NCBI GenBank assembly: GCA_030390025.1
Contig: CM059432.1
Span: forward strand, 23,624,001 to 23,688,000
Length of the DNA stretch: 64,000 bases
DNA from: Squalus acanthias
Taxonomy: Eukaryota
Reading direction: 5' to 3'
Below, one piece after another: positions 48,810-62,149 of the stretch. The translations under genes were made by a program, and so were the position numbers. The notes beneath the pieces are model-generated. The model made no database searches and was not told the origin of the DNA. It saw only the letters and a list, made by a program, of their open reading frames with translations. Numbering within the stretch: position 1 is the first letter of the stretch; every line of letters begins with the position of its first letter.

Positions 48810-50402
48810 GTTTTCTTCCTTCCGCTCTTGTAGCTGGTTCCAAAGTTGCAGGCAGCCTTCAGTACCTTGTTTAAGCTGCCACTTTTCACATGTCAGTCTA
48901 GATGGTGCGTGCTGGCAGGGTGTTATCCTAAACTCGCTTGCTTTCCACACAAGAATAGTTCCAGTCAGAGACCCTGGAAGAAGAACTCTAGCTAACTTTT
49001 TCCCTTCCTGTCCTGACACAGAGGTACTAATGCTAATTATAATGCCAAGGCTGCTTTCCTGACAGATCAACTAAATCCGGATTCAATTTTTGGTTTGTCT
49101 GCAGTACATCCAGGCTTCTTTCACAGATTTTTGGCATGAGAGCATTTGTACCTGCAATTTTCCACACACTGAGTTCCCATTCCTAGCTGTACCTTCAGGG
49201 CAAGGTATCAAACAGAGACGAGAAGCTTCCCCACAGGGCAAGAGGGGAAGGAGAATCAGAGTGCGAATCAGGAGAGCTACTGTTGCGTATCTTCTAGCAG
49301 ATGGATTAACAATAGTGTTAGCAGAGGCTTGGCAGGAGATCACCCATCCTTCAGGCTTGGTACGCACTTGGGAAGATCTAAAAAAAGAGAGAATTTAGAA
49401 CAAGAATCATATAGAAACACAGGCACTGAAATTACACCATGGATTCTAGCACAGAAACATTTAAACAAACACATTTGTCTAAAATTCCTCACTCCACTTA
49501 TTAAAATTAATGGATTAACACCTCCACTGAAATAAAGGTGAGAAGAATTTGATTGTCTAACTCATTACAGTGAAAAAACCCCTGAATCTTCTTTAATTTA
49601 ACATATTTGTTTCTGGTAAACTGCTTAATGTGCTGCTCAACAGAAATGGGAGACCATTTTGTCCATTGACAATTTTTTTTCATCAGTTGGACTTAAAGTC
49701 AATCAAAATTTTATATTATTGCCCTGCTGATTTTCTCCCTTAGTCTCCTGGAGGTGGTGACTCATACAAGGTCATAGTTCAACATGTGCTCTGTGTTTTT
49801 TTTTTATTGATGGATGTTTAATCCCAGCTGATGATTCAAAAATGTATCTAATAGCGATCACAACATGATCGAGTTCAACATAGTTCTTGAAAGGGAGCAA
49901 CTCAAAACAGCTACTAAGATTCTAGATTTAGGTAAGGCTGACTTCAATGCGATGAGACAGAGACTGTCCACAGTAAACTGGGCAAATCTGTTAATGGGTA
50001 AAATGATAGATCATCAGTGGGAGGTGTTCAAAAAAGAATTTAACGTGATACAGAACCAGTTTATACCCCGAAGGAGCCAAAACTCTAATTGCTATAAAAA
50101 AAAACAGCCATGGACGACTAAAGAGGTAAGAGACAATATAAAACTAAAAGAAAAAGCATGCAAAAATGCAAAAAATAGCACAGATCCTGGCGAATGGGAA
50201 AGATACAAAGAACAGCAAAGGGTGACAAAACAGACAGTAAGAGCTACAAAAAGGGAGTATGAAAAGAAATGTGCAAGGAATATTAAAATCAACACAACAT
50301 TTTTTACAATTATATTAGGAAAAAGAGGGTGGTCAGGAGCAATGTTGGCCCCTTGAAAACTGATAATGGTGATAATGTCAATGATAATAAGGAAATGGCG
50401 GT

Positions 50403-50629
50403 TGACGTAAGAAAACTACTAGGCACTTGGTCTAAGCGTTAAACAAAGCTTTAATCAACTGTTTTACAATATGGAGGTCTAGTTGTGTCCTTCACTAGTT
50501 CCTGTTAAGAATGTCCTGCGCAAGCTGGGCCCGTGCCCGAGTATTTATACTCTCCCTGGACAGCGCCACCTGCAGGCCACTCAGTATTATTTCATAAGTC
50601 TTTCTTTCATGAATGACAGATTCATGTCA
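50403..50629 (-). mobile_element. solo LTR (227 bp)
   Basis: Ends TGACGTAA / TTCATGTCA; 5-bp duplication GCGGT (50398-50402 / 50630-50634). Minus-strand TATAAA (within 50541-50550) lies upstream of ATTAAA (50450-50455). Removing it restores the CR1 reading KEMAVMLNNYF. Confidence 0.82.
50561..50579 (-). promoter_or_regulatory. CTCF-like motif
   Basis: TGGCCTGCAGGTGGCGCTG on the minus strand, compared with the consensus TGGCCACCAGGGGGCGCTA. Confidence 0.55.
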
Positions 50630-53600
50630 GCGGTCATGTTGAATAATTACTTTGCATCAGTATTTACAATAGAGGAAGAGGATAGCATGCCGGAAATCCC
50701 AAGGAAACTAATATTGAAACAGGGACTCAACAAAATTAATGTAAGCAAAATAACAGTAATGAAGAAAATAATGGCACTAAAGAGTAAGAAATCCCCAGGA
50801 TCAGATGGTTTCCATCCCAGGGTTTTAAAGGACGTAGGTGAGTACATTGCAGGTGCCCTAACCATAATCTTCCAAAGTTCTCTCGATTCAGGAACCTTTC
50901 CATTAGATTGGAAAGTTGTGCATGTCACTCCGCTATTTAAAAATGGTGAGAGAGGGAAACCAGGGAATTATATAGCAGTTAGCCTAAAATCTGTTGTCGG
51001 GATATTGCTAGAGTCCATAGTTAAGGATAGGGTGACTGAACACCTTGAAAATTTTCAGCTGATCAGAGAGAGCCAGCATGGATTTGTCAAAGGTAGGTCA
51101 TGCCTGACGAACCTGATTGAATGTTTTGAAGAGGTGACTAAAGTAGGGGTCAGGGGAATGTCTATGGATGTTATTTATATGGACTTCCAGAAGGCATTTG
51201 ATTAAGTCCCTCATAAGAGACTCTTAACTAAGGTTGACGCCCATGGAATTAAAGGCAAATTACTGACCTGGTTAGGAAATTGGCTGAGCGGCAGGAGACA
51301 GAGAGTAGAGATAATGGGTAGGTACTCTAATTAACAGGATGTGACTAGTGGTGTCCCGTGGGGATCTGTGTTGGGGCCTCAACTATTCATTGTATTTATT
51401 AATGACTTGGATAATGGGATAGAAAGCCACATATCCAAATTTGCCAATGACACAAAGATAGGCGACATTGTAGGCAGTGTAGATGAAAGCATAAAATTAT
51501 AAAGAGATAATGATAGATTGAGTGAATGGGAAAAACTGTGGCAAATGGATTTCAATGTAGGCAAATGTGAGTTCATCCACTTTGGACCTAAAAAGGATAG
51601 AACAGGGTACTTTCTAAATGGTGAAAGGCTAAAAACAGTGGATGTCCAAAGAGACTTGGGGGTCCAGGTACATAGATCATTGAAATGTCATGAACAGGTA
51701 CAGAAATTAATCAAAAAGGCTAATGGAATGCTGGCCTTTATATCTCGAGGACTAGAATACAAGGGGGTAGATGTTATGCTACAGCTGTACAAAACTTTGG
51801 TTAGACCACACCTGGAGTACTGTGAGCAGTTCTGGGCACCACACCTTAGGAAGGATATATTGGCCTTGGAGGGAGTGCAGGTTTACTAGAATGATACCCA
51901 GACTTCAGGGATTAAATTATGAGGAGAGATTACACAAACTAGGGTTGTATTCCCTGGAATTTAGAAGGTTAAGGGGTGATTTGATTGACGTTTTCAAGAT
52001 ATTAAGGGGAACAGATAGGGTTGAGAGAGAGAAACTATTTCGCTGGTTGGGGAGTCTCGGACTAGGGGGCATTGTCTAAAAATTAGAGCCAGCCCTTTCA
52101 GGAGTGAAATTAGGAAACACTTCTATACACAAAGGGTGGTAGAAGTTTGGAACACTCTTCCGCAAACGACACTTGATGCTAGATCAATTGTTAATTCTAA
52201 ATCGGAGATTGATAGATTTTTGTTAACCGACAGTTTTAATGGATATGGGGCAAAGGGTATATGGAGTTAGGTCACAGATCAGCCATGTTCTCATTGAATG
52301 GTGGAACAGGCTCGAGGAGCTAAATGGTCTACTTCTGTTCCTATGATCCTATGTTCCTAAAAGTACATCTTATTTGGTCCTGATAGCTCAGCTGGCAGAT
52401 TTACTCCTGTGAAACTGAGGCATACAGACTAGGGCTGTTACTAGTTTAAGCCCTGTTCTGCATGAGTGACTCTTCTCTGTGTGTGATCCCAGACAGTGAG
52501 CGTTGGCAGACTATTTGAAAGCAGCAAGTGGGGAACATCAAAACCAAAGCCATTTCTGTTCTCCTTTGGCGTCCATACAATGGAACCTTTCAGCAGGCGT
52601 CACCGGATAATGATCAGTAACAGGAATTTTTCCCCTCCCTAACCCAGCAATGTTGTGGCCAATTGTATTGTCCATGCAGTTGCCCCCGCTGAGAGCTAAT
52701 TTAGCACAGAGCAGGGATCAAACCAAGCACATTCCTAGTCTGTAGGCCTCAGTTTCACAGAAGGGAGCTAATAAGAGGTATATTTGAATCGTCATCTGGG
52801 ACTAAACATCAATCAGACAAAAAAGAATAAAACAAAATAAGATAAGGATTTGTTGACATGATTCATATGTGGTTGAATCTTTTCACATTACCATGGCTTC
52901 AGGGTGATTGTAACTGCATTGCTGGATCCTACAGGTCTCTGACAGGCCTCTTCACCCCGCCTGATAAGATCATAAAAGCAATAAATCATCACAGACACAA
53001 CAGAAAATTGGCATGTACTGCTATTAGTGAGATGTGGAAGAAGTTAGCACAGCAATAATCTCCGTGTGCCACTGAGTCTGACGATGGCTGTGATTCCTCC
53101 GCCTGCCTGGATCCGAGTTGGGGGGGATGTTGTGCTCTGACATTTTGAAATATATATTGATTATTTATCCTCTGTCATTGGCAGTAGCTATTTTATTTAA
53201 CTTTTTTTTGTGTTTGAATTTTATGCACATCAAGGTGAGGGATGTTAGTGCGGGGGAATGGAACATCTTCACTGTCGGCTTCAATCAATTCCAGGTCAGA
53301 TGTAGTGCAATTTAGATGCAGAGTAAACCTGCCTCTACTCTTCTGCAACATTGTGCCCAAGCTGCAATCTTAGAAGAGCACGCCCTATTGCACAGTGTGG
53401 CTTCTTTTTGCACCCTTACCATCCTGTAGCCTCTCTGAGTATCAGTGCTAGTTAGTGCTGTATTCTGCACTATTTCAGCAAAAGTAATTTAATTTCCTCC
53501 CCCACAAACTACACGCTTATTTTGCACCATAATATACGAGGGATTAATTCCTACAGGATTTGATTATAATCTAAAGAGTGTGTTGGCTTGATAACTCATA

Positions 53601-54576
53601 AATGACAAACTTGTGAGTGACTTGCGTTCGCCTTGATGAGTGGGATGTAAATCTGATATCAATGGTCTTCATTCTATTTTGTGTGTGTACCAGAGTCAAA
53701 AAAGAATAGGTGAAGAGGTGTTAATAGTATCCTGTGTTTCTTTGTGCGTTTTTTTCCAAGGAGCAGTGTGAGGGGCATATGATGTGGGTTCAGATGTTTA
53801 GACTTTGAGCAGTCTGTTCAAACAAATTTTCATAGGCAAATAGTTTCAATGATTAGAATATGAGGTTATCTTAATGGAGTGTGACAGATATTTAATGGGT
53901 ATCATCATGTGTGATATTTGTTAAAACGCATAAGAAATCTCAATCATATCATGCTATTTCTCTTGTACACAATTCTTGTCAAGGCAGGTTAGCGTGAGGC
54001 CTTGAAAAATACCCTAAACTTTATGACAAATTGGAGATTGAGTATTCTTTTTAAAGAATAGTCATCTTTTTATTTTCCTCTCATTTCCGGTTTCTATCTA
54101 TATTCAACACCATCCTCCATTGAGAGGTCGATCTGCTTCAGTCCTCTCGTGCTACTCTATAATGGGGCCACTCAGAGGTACACACAACTGCCATCCTATG
54201 GCCCACTTTGGCAATGCTGAAGAACCAAAAATAATTTTTGGGGGCCTCCCTGTGACAGTAGATTTTTTTTAAATCGAGAAACCTAAGTTAAGGCCCATAT
54301 AGTAGGCCACAAGCAATGCTGAAAAATTTCAGAGAGAATATCGGGAAGTAGTGATTAGATAATGCACAGCCTGGCTTTGAAAAAAACACAGATTTTATGA
54401 GGAAGGAATAACTGTAAGTAGTAAGGAGTTCCACAGTTTTGAGGTTTTATGAAATACAGAATTAGAGTAGGAAACTATGTGATGAGTTTTGGTTTCAACA
54501 CAGTGAAGAGCAGAGAAGTATGCAGTACAGATGAGATTAGTCATAGAATATATGCAGAATTAAGGGCCGGTGCCCA

Positions 54577-57012
54577 CATCACCAAGGAAGAAGATGCTGC
54601 CATAGATATAGTGAAGGAGGAGGTAGAGGAGATACTGGATGGGAGAAAAATTGATAAAGAGGAGGTACTAGAAAGGCTGGCTGTACTTAAATGGTGAAAG
54701 ATTGGGGAATGCAGATGCTCAAAGGGACCTGAGTGTCCTTGTACATGAGTCACTGAAAGTGAATGTGCAGGTGCAGCAAGCCATTAGGAAGGCAAATGGT
54801 ATGCTGGCCTTCATTACAAGAGGATTTGAGTACAGGAGTAAAGAAGTCTTACTCCAATTATATAGGGCCTTGGTGAGACCACACCTGGAGTACTGTGTAC
54901 AATTTTGGTCTCCTTACCTAAGGAAGGATATACTTGCCATAGAGGGAGTGCAACGAAGGTTCACGAGATTGATTCCTGGGATGGCGAGACTGTCGTATGA
55001 GAAGAGATTGAGTAAACTAGGCCTGTATTCTCTTGAATTCAGAAGAATGAGAGGGGATCTCATTGAAGCATACAAAATTATTACAGGGCTTGATAGGGTG
55101 GATGCTGGGAGAATGTTTCCCTTGGTTGGGGAGTCTAGAACCAGGGGCCACAGCCTCAGGATAAAGGGTAGGCCATTCAGGACTGAGATGAGAAGAAATT
55201 TCTTCACACAGAGGGTGGTGAATCTTTGGAATTCTCTACCCCAGAGGGCTGTGGAGGCTCAATCATTGAGTATATTCAAAACAGAAGTTGATAGATTTCT
55301 GACCAGTAAGGGCATCAAGGGATATGGCGATAGGGCTGGTGAATGGAATTGAGGCAGAAGATCAGCCATGATCTCATTGAATGGCGGAGCAGGCTCGAAG
55401 GGCCGACTGGCCTACTCCTGCACCTATTTCTTATGTTCTTATGTTCTAAGTCACCAGGACCGGATGGGATGCATCCTGGACGCTGAGGGAAGTGAAGGAG
55501 GAAATCGCGGAGGTACTGGCCATAATCTTCCAATCCTCTTTAGAAACGGGGGTGGTGCAGAGGACTGGAGAATTGCAAATGTTACACCCTTGTTCAAAAA
55601 AGGGTGTAAAGATAAACCCAGCTTCTTCTTAGGCCAGTTAGTTTAACCTCAGTAGTGGGGAAGCTTTAAGAAACAATAATCCGGGACAAAATTAACAGTC
55701 ACTTGGAGAAGTGTGGATTAATTAAGGAAAGCCAGCACGGATTTGTTAAAGGCAAATCGTGTTTAACCAACCATAGAGTTTTTTGATGAGGTAACAGATA
55801 GGGTTGATAAGGGCAATGCGGTTGATGTGGTGTACATGGATTTCCAAAAGGTGTTCGACAAAGTGCCACATAATAGGCTTGCCAGCAAAGTTGAAGCCCA
55901 TGGAATAAAAGGGACAGTGGCAGCATGGATACGAATTTGGCTAAGTGACAGGAAAAAGAGAGTAGTGGTGAACGGTTGTTTTTCAGACTGGAGGAAGGCA
56001 TACAGTGGTGTTCCTCAGGGGTCGGTTCTAGGACCACTGCTTTTCTTGATATATATTAATGACTTGGACTTGGGTGTACAGGGCACAATTTCAAAATTTG
56101 CAGATGACACAAAACTTGGAAGTATAGTAAACAGTGAGGAAGATAGTGATAGACTTCAAGAGGACATAGACAGGCTGGTGGAATGGGCGGACACGTCACA
56201 GATGAAATTTAATGCAGAAAAGTGTGAAGTGATACATTTTGGTAGAAAGAATGAGGAGAGGAAATATAAACTAAAGGGTACAATCCTAAAGTGGGTGCAT
56301 GAACAGAGAGACCTGGGGGTATATGTGCACAAATCGTTGAAGGTGGCAGGGCAGGTTGAGAAAGCAGTTAAAAAAGCTTACGGGATCCTGGGCTTCATGA
56401 ATGGAGGTACAGAGTACAAAAGCGTGGAAATTATGATGACCCTGTATAAAACACTGGTTCGGCCTCAACTTGAGTATTGTGTCCAATTCTGGGCACCGCA
56501 CTTTAGGAAGGATGTGAAAGCCTTAGAGAGGGTGCAGAAAAGATTTACGAGAATGGTTCCAGGGATGAGGGAGTTCAGTTACGTGGATAGACTGGAGAAG
56601 CTGGGGTTGTTCTCCTTGGAGCAGAGAAGATTGAGAGGAGATTTGACAGAAGTGTTCGAAATCATGAGGGGTCTGGACAGAATAGAGAGGAACAGTTCCC
56701 ATTGGCAGAAGGGTCGAGAACCAGAGAACACAGATTTAAGGTGATTGGCAAAAGAAACAAAGGCGACATAAAAACTTTTTTACGCAGCAAGTGGTTAGGA
56801 TCTGGAAGGCACTGCCTGAAAAGGTGGTGGAGGCAGACTCAATCACGGCTTTCAAAAGGGAGTTGTATAAGTACCTGAAAGAAAAAAAATTGCAGGGCTA
56901 CGGGGAACGGGCGGGGGTGTGGGACTAGCTGCGTTGCTCTTACAGAGAGCCAGCATGGGCTTGATGGTCCGAATGGCCGTCATCAGAGCTGTAACCATTC
57001 TATGATTCTATG
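54577..57012 (+). mobile_element. CR1 LINE (same family as 7130-9050), split by a nested CR1
   Basis: TKEEDAAIDIVKEEVEEILDG resumes at TAAGTCACCAGGACC (55447); RT ORF 55827-56744; ATTCTATG tail. Confidence 0.95.
54688..55446 (+). mobile_element. nested CR1 3' end (different subfamily, open ORF2 C-terminus)
   Basis: ORF 54702-55352 is uninterrupted (216 aa); (TTCTTATG)n tail. Confidence 0.93.
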
Positions 57013-57837
57013 AAACGTTTGTGCCACGTATTCCAGTGGTATCATTTCACCCGAGTAATTTTTTTTGTCAGTTTATCTTTAATCTCTTTATGGGCGATAT
57101 GGTTACTTTGAATGGTATCTACAGTAAAATACGTATACTGGAATAGCTCTAGAATAGCACCAGCTTTATTGAGCTTTTGTCACATCTGTATATCCTTAGC
57201 TTGAGCTCAAGGAGATAGTACTGTCTTCACAATAAACTCATCTCTTTATCTGCAAATAGATATGTTTATGGAATAATATGTTCTGTGACAGAGTGATAAG
57301 TTTTTTTTAGAGATACTAGAGTAGGTTAGCAGGGTAGGAAGCTGTATTAAAGACTGCATTTAAACAAATAGTTCATTTTCATATAGAAAAAAAAGCACAT
57401 GGCAATAAATCTAACAGTAACTACTGCTGACCATTGAGCACTGATATTTGTTTTGCATTTGAACAGAAAATTATTTGCTGTATCTCTTGATGCCAATGCC
57501 TATTGTGGTTCTGAGTCATACAGATCAGGAAGGTCTCAAGCTTGATCTCTGCTTTGTGCTGAGTTGAATGATTTCAGTTAGTGTTGGTAAGGGTATTGGA
57601 GTTTGCCTGGGCTGGGAGGCAATCGACTAAGTTGCTTTCTAGTGCACCCTGATGGAAAGTATATGCACCAGCTGTGAATGTCCCTTCCCTCACCCAGATT
57701 GAGTTGTGTGCTGACATTCACTGTCGGGATTAAACATACAGAGTGGCCACTTGGACAAGGTAATAGAGGGCTGCCAACACTCGTGGAACTACATGAGGAA
57801 GCACCTTCAGGGCAGGGGAGACAATTGACCAGAACCA

Positions 57838-58400
57838 ATAGGAACATGAGAACAGGAGTAGGCCATTCAGCCCCTCGAGCCTGTTCTGCCATTCAATGAG
57901 ATCATGGCTGATCTGCGACCTAACTCCACATACCCGCCTTTGGCCCATATCCCTTAATGCCTTTGGTTACAGAAAGCTATCAATCTCCGATTTAAATTAA
58001 CAATTGATCTAGCATCAATTGCCGTTTGCGGAAGAGAGTTTCAAACTTCTACCACCCTTTGTGTGTAGAAGTGTTTCCTAATTTTACTCCTGAAAGGTCT
58101 GGCTCTAATTTTTAGGCTATGCCCCCTAGTCCTAGACTCCCCAACCAGCGGAAATAGTTTCTCTCTATCTACCCTATCTGTTCCCCTTAATATCTTGAAA
58201 ACTTTGATCAGATCACCCCTTAACCTTCTAAATTCTATGGAATACAACCCTAATTTGTGTAATCTCTCCTCATAACTTAACCCTTGAAGTCCGGGTATCA
58301 TTCAGGTAAACCTACGCTGCACTCCCTCCAAGGCCAATATATCCTTCCTAAGGTGTGGTGCCCAGAACTGCTCACAGTACTCCAGGTGTGGTCTAACCAG
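57838..58400 (-). mobile_element. CR1 3' end
   Basis: MIPGLQGLSYEERLHKLGLYS..RKHFYTQRVVEV; same subfamily as 49850-52340. Confidence 0.92.
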
Positions 58401-58656
58401 GTGGAAAGATGGTGGTAATTACCTAGCTCCCCCACCCAGTCTCCCTGGGTTCCAACACTCTTGAAATGGAGTACAGATGTTTCAAAACATTTGGTGTTTG
58501 AGATACAGGGAAACCTTCAATTAATTAAATCCTTTGGTCTTAAATGGAAAATCAAACCACTTTTGCATATGTTAACAGTGCAGACACCTTAAACTTCTAA
58601 TTGGAATAAAATATATTAGAAGGCTACTAGCTCCACAGCTACCTTTGTTTGTTCAC

Positions 58657-60636
58657 TCATAAGAATATAAGAAATAGGAGCAGGAGTAGGCCATTAGGCC
58701 CCTCGAGCCTGCTCCGCCATTCAGTAAGATCATGGCTGATCTTCTACCTCAACTCCGCTTTCCTGCACTATATATCCCTTGATTCTCTTTAATATCCAAA
58801 AATGTATCGATCTCTGTCTTGAATATACTCAACGACTGAGCCTCCACAGTCCTCTGGGGTAGAGAATTCCAAAGATTCACCACCCTCTGAGTGAAAAAAA
58901 ATTCTCCTCATCTCAGTCCTAAATGGCCAACCCCTTATTCTGAGACTGTGACCCCTGGTTCTAGACTCCCCAGCCAGGGGAAACATCCTCCCTGCATCTA
59001 CTCTGTCAAGCCCTGTAAGAAATTGTACACAATACTCCAGGTGTGGTCTCACCAGGGCCCGAAATAATTGCAGTAAAACATCTTGGGGTAAAAATTCAGT
59101 TGGTTGCGCCTCCCGTTAGCGCCTTAAGAGGGCGCTAATGGGGCGCAAAGCCGCTAACGCCCGGGCACAGCGATGTTTGCGCCGCTCGAGAACTTAACTT
59201 GAGATTGTGCGGCGGCGCTAAAACTTACCGCTGCGACCACCTGCACGCGCAGATAGTGACGTCATTCCATGGTGCAACGCCCTTGTGGCGCCCCGGAGCG
59301 GAAATTGAGTGGCGCCCCTTGCCTTACCGCCTGGCGCATCCAACGACCAGAAGACTGGAACGCTATCAATCGCTGTGGGGCTGGGGGGGGCGCTATTTAA
59401 AGGGGGCCTCTTCCTGTCTTTTATTGTTGGTGGCATTTTTGAACTACGCATTCTGAGAGAGAGAGGGAGAGACTTCTGGAGAGATTCAACGTTGTGTGAA
59501 GGAGTTTTGGGTACTGAGCAGCACTTTGCAGGTTCATTTTGATTTGCCATTCCTTGTATCGATTTAGCAGAGACTGTGGGAGCTGCACTCTGAGCTCTTT
59601 GCCTGGTACTCTCCATTGTTCTTTCCAGCACATTTGATGTGCAAGTCTCTCCAGGCCGAGATTCAAGGCTGCAATGAACAGGATGTGGATGGAAAGCAAG
59701 ATTAACCATCCCCTTTAAGAACTGGCCCGTGCCATTGTGTGTGTGTTCCATTGCTGACTGACATTACATGAGCTTCGCCAGCGCTCTGAGTTAGCGCCTC
59801 ACCCCTTGGCCTTTGCGCCTTAAGACAGGTGTGCAGCGCCTGCTTTAGCGCTCCACTCACCTCCCGGGGCGGTAAAAGTGAAGTTTCCAGTCAGTGCCGA
59901 TAATTAGCGCCAGGCGCTAATATTTGCGTCCAGACGATATTTGCGCCCCAAATGGGGCGCGACCTAATTTCTACCCCCTTTACTCTTATACGCAAATCCT
60001 CTTGTAATAAAGGCCAACATACCATTTGCTTTCTTAATTGCTTGCTGTACCTGCATGTTAACTTTCAGTGATTTGTGTACAAGGACACCCAGGTCCCTCT
60101 GAACACCAACATTTCCCAATCTCTCATCATTTAAAAAATACTCTGCTTTTCTATTTTTCCTACCAAAGTGGATAACTTCACATTTCTCCACATTATATGC
60201 CATTTGCCATGTTCTTGCCCACTCACCTTAGCTTGTCTCTATCTCCTTGAAGCCTTTTTGCATCCTCCTCACAACTTACATTCCCACCTTGCTTTGTATC
60301 ATCAGAAAACTTGGATATATTACATTTGGTCCTCTCATCCAAATCATTGATATAGATTGTGAATAGTTGAGGCCCAAGCACTGATCCTTGCGGTACCCCA
60401 CTAGTTACAGCCTGCCAAGCCGAAAATGATCCGTTTATTCCTACTCTCTGTTTCTGTCCGTTAGCCAATCCTCAATCCATGCTAGTATATTACCCCCAAT
60501 CCCATGAGCCCAAATTTTGTTTAATAACCTCTTGTGTGGCACCTTATCGAATGCCTTCTGAAAATCCAAATACACCACATCCACTGGTTCCCCCTTATCT
60601 ATTCTGCTAGTTACAACCTCAAAAAACTCTAACAGA
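58657..60636 (-). mobile_element. CR1 LINE fragment split by a MITE
   Basis: [20 protein letters not shown] and RPHLEYCVQF motifs; inverted tail at 58657-58700. Confidence 0.93.
59085..59977. mobile_element. Harbinger-type MITE (893 bp)
   Basis: TIR GGGGTAAAAATT / AATTTCTACCCC; duplication CTT (59082-59084 / 59978-59980). The left end matches the 24212 element. Confidence 0.88.
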
Positions 60637-61907
60637 CTCCCTAGGTCTTTGCAAGAAACCTGGTTACATTTTGTATATTATTGTAGAAACAAAAAATTTC
60701 TAGTTCATTGAACTGTTCAATCATTAATTACAGCAAGAACTAGAAGGAGAAAGCACTTTGAATATAGTAATCTCACTGAATCTATAGTGGCACTGTAATG
60801 CATGCAATAATATGAGGTTTCTAAAGTGTTACTTGTAGAGAGAAATTCTTCACCAAGTTGGTGAGTAAGTTTTCGTAGTTATACACAATGTTTTGTGGGG
60901 AGATCTCATTTTCATCTTTTGGGGAGGTGGATATAGATTTTAAAATAATTTCTCTTTTAGCTCCCTAATTCAAACACCATCCCCAGCCGAAGCCCATTGG
61001 CAGGCTTCTGCCAGTGTTACTTTATAATTTCCCTGGGGAGATGGACAAGCTCAACCTCGAGGTCCCATTTCCTTCAACTTTTTCTCTCTCGATGACCTTT
61101 GCTCAGGCTCTGGCTCTGCCCACAAAGGCATAGTTGGGATGGAGATTCACAAATGTAAACAGTTTGCCAGCTTGATTCACTTGTTGGTAGTCAAGCTTTT
61201 GGGTTATAATTTTGTGCATTTAAGCCCCACACCAGGACTTGAGCAAATGATCGAGGCTAAAACTGCAGAGCAGTACTTGAGGGAGTGCTGCATTATTGGA
61301 GGTGCCTCCCTTCAGATGAAATGTTCTGTTGAGGTCCTGTCGGCCTGTTCCGGTAGATATTATAGGTTATAATAGGAAAGGAGTAGGCTTGGTATTCCAG
61401 CAGATGGGATCTCAAATGTGCTGAAGGGCCTACTGCATCTAAATCCATTTTGTGAATTATCCTTTGTGCCATGCATCATAGAACTCTAGACTGAACATGC
61501 ACCCTGCACCCACACCGTTTCCTGCCCCACTTTGAGTCTGCTAGCATGACAACTACTCCAAGATGACAGACAACTTTCAGCAATGTTTCTTTTCTAAAAT
61601 ATTTCCCCCTCCTTCATTTTGGGGTAACATTGAATTTTCACGTTGTGCTTCTTCTGATGGTATGACTGAACTCAAGAACTCATGACATGTGGAATCCCAG
61701 ATGTCAACCCACACACAGCCTGCTGCTCTGTGCCACAACATATTTGAATTACAGTGAGTCACGTCACTATACCCTCATCACAAATTCAAAACAAGCCAGC
61801 AACTTTACCATTATTTGAATAACAATCCTGTGAATGATTGTTAATCAGCAATCTTATCAAGGAGATCATATGGTTAGGCAAGAGACTTTACAAGGCTATA
61901 ATTTAAT

Positions 61908-61990
61908 GTAATAAAAACAGAAAATGCTGGAGGTCAGGCAGCATCTGTGAAGAGAGAAACAGAGTTAACGTTTCAGGTCGATGACCTTTC
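61908..61990 (-). mobile_element. Penelope-like pLTR relic (family 2) with a truncated hammerhead
   Basis: Minus strand GA-A-AGGTC-ATC-GACCT-GAAA-CGTT-AACTCTG gives stem II, GAAA and an ACGT palindrome; the CTGAT part of the core is missing. Confidence 0.65.
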
Positions 61991-62149
61991 TTTTTATAAT
62001 TTAAAGTAAGGTTGGTTTACATATAAGGTAATGGATACCTAAGAGTAACCACAAGCCAGAAATGTCATTGAATTCAGATGGCTATATAAGCTAAAATGCA
62101 AAGCTGGATTAGTTATTGGCTAAATTCAGAGGAAATTATGACCTGGCAA

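Larger units (their letters stand above)
49850..52340 (+). mobile_element. CR1 LINE ORF2 fragment with stops, split by a solo LTR
   Basis: SDHNMIEF, QHGFVKGRSCLTNL, DFQKAFD and LVRPHLEYC motifs; TTCCTATG tail. Confidence 0.95.

Noticed and set aside
46217..49070. Long His/Thr-rich and Cys/Val-rich ORFs (up to 876 aa)
   Set aside because: They are translations of the CA microsatellite, which lacks stop codons.
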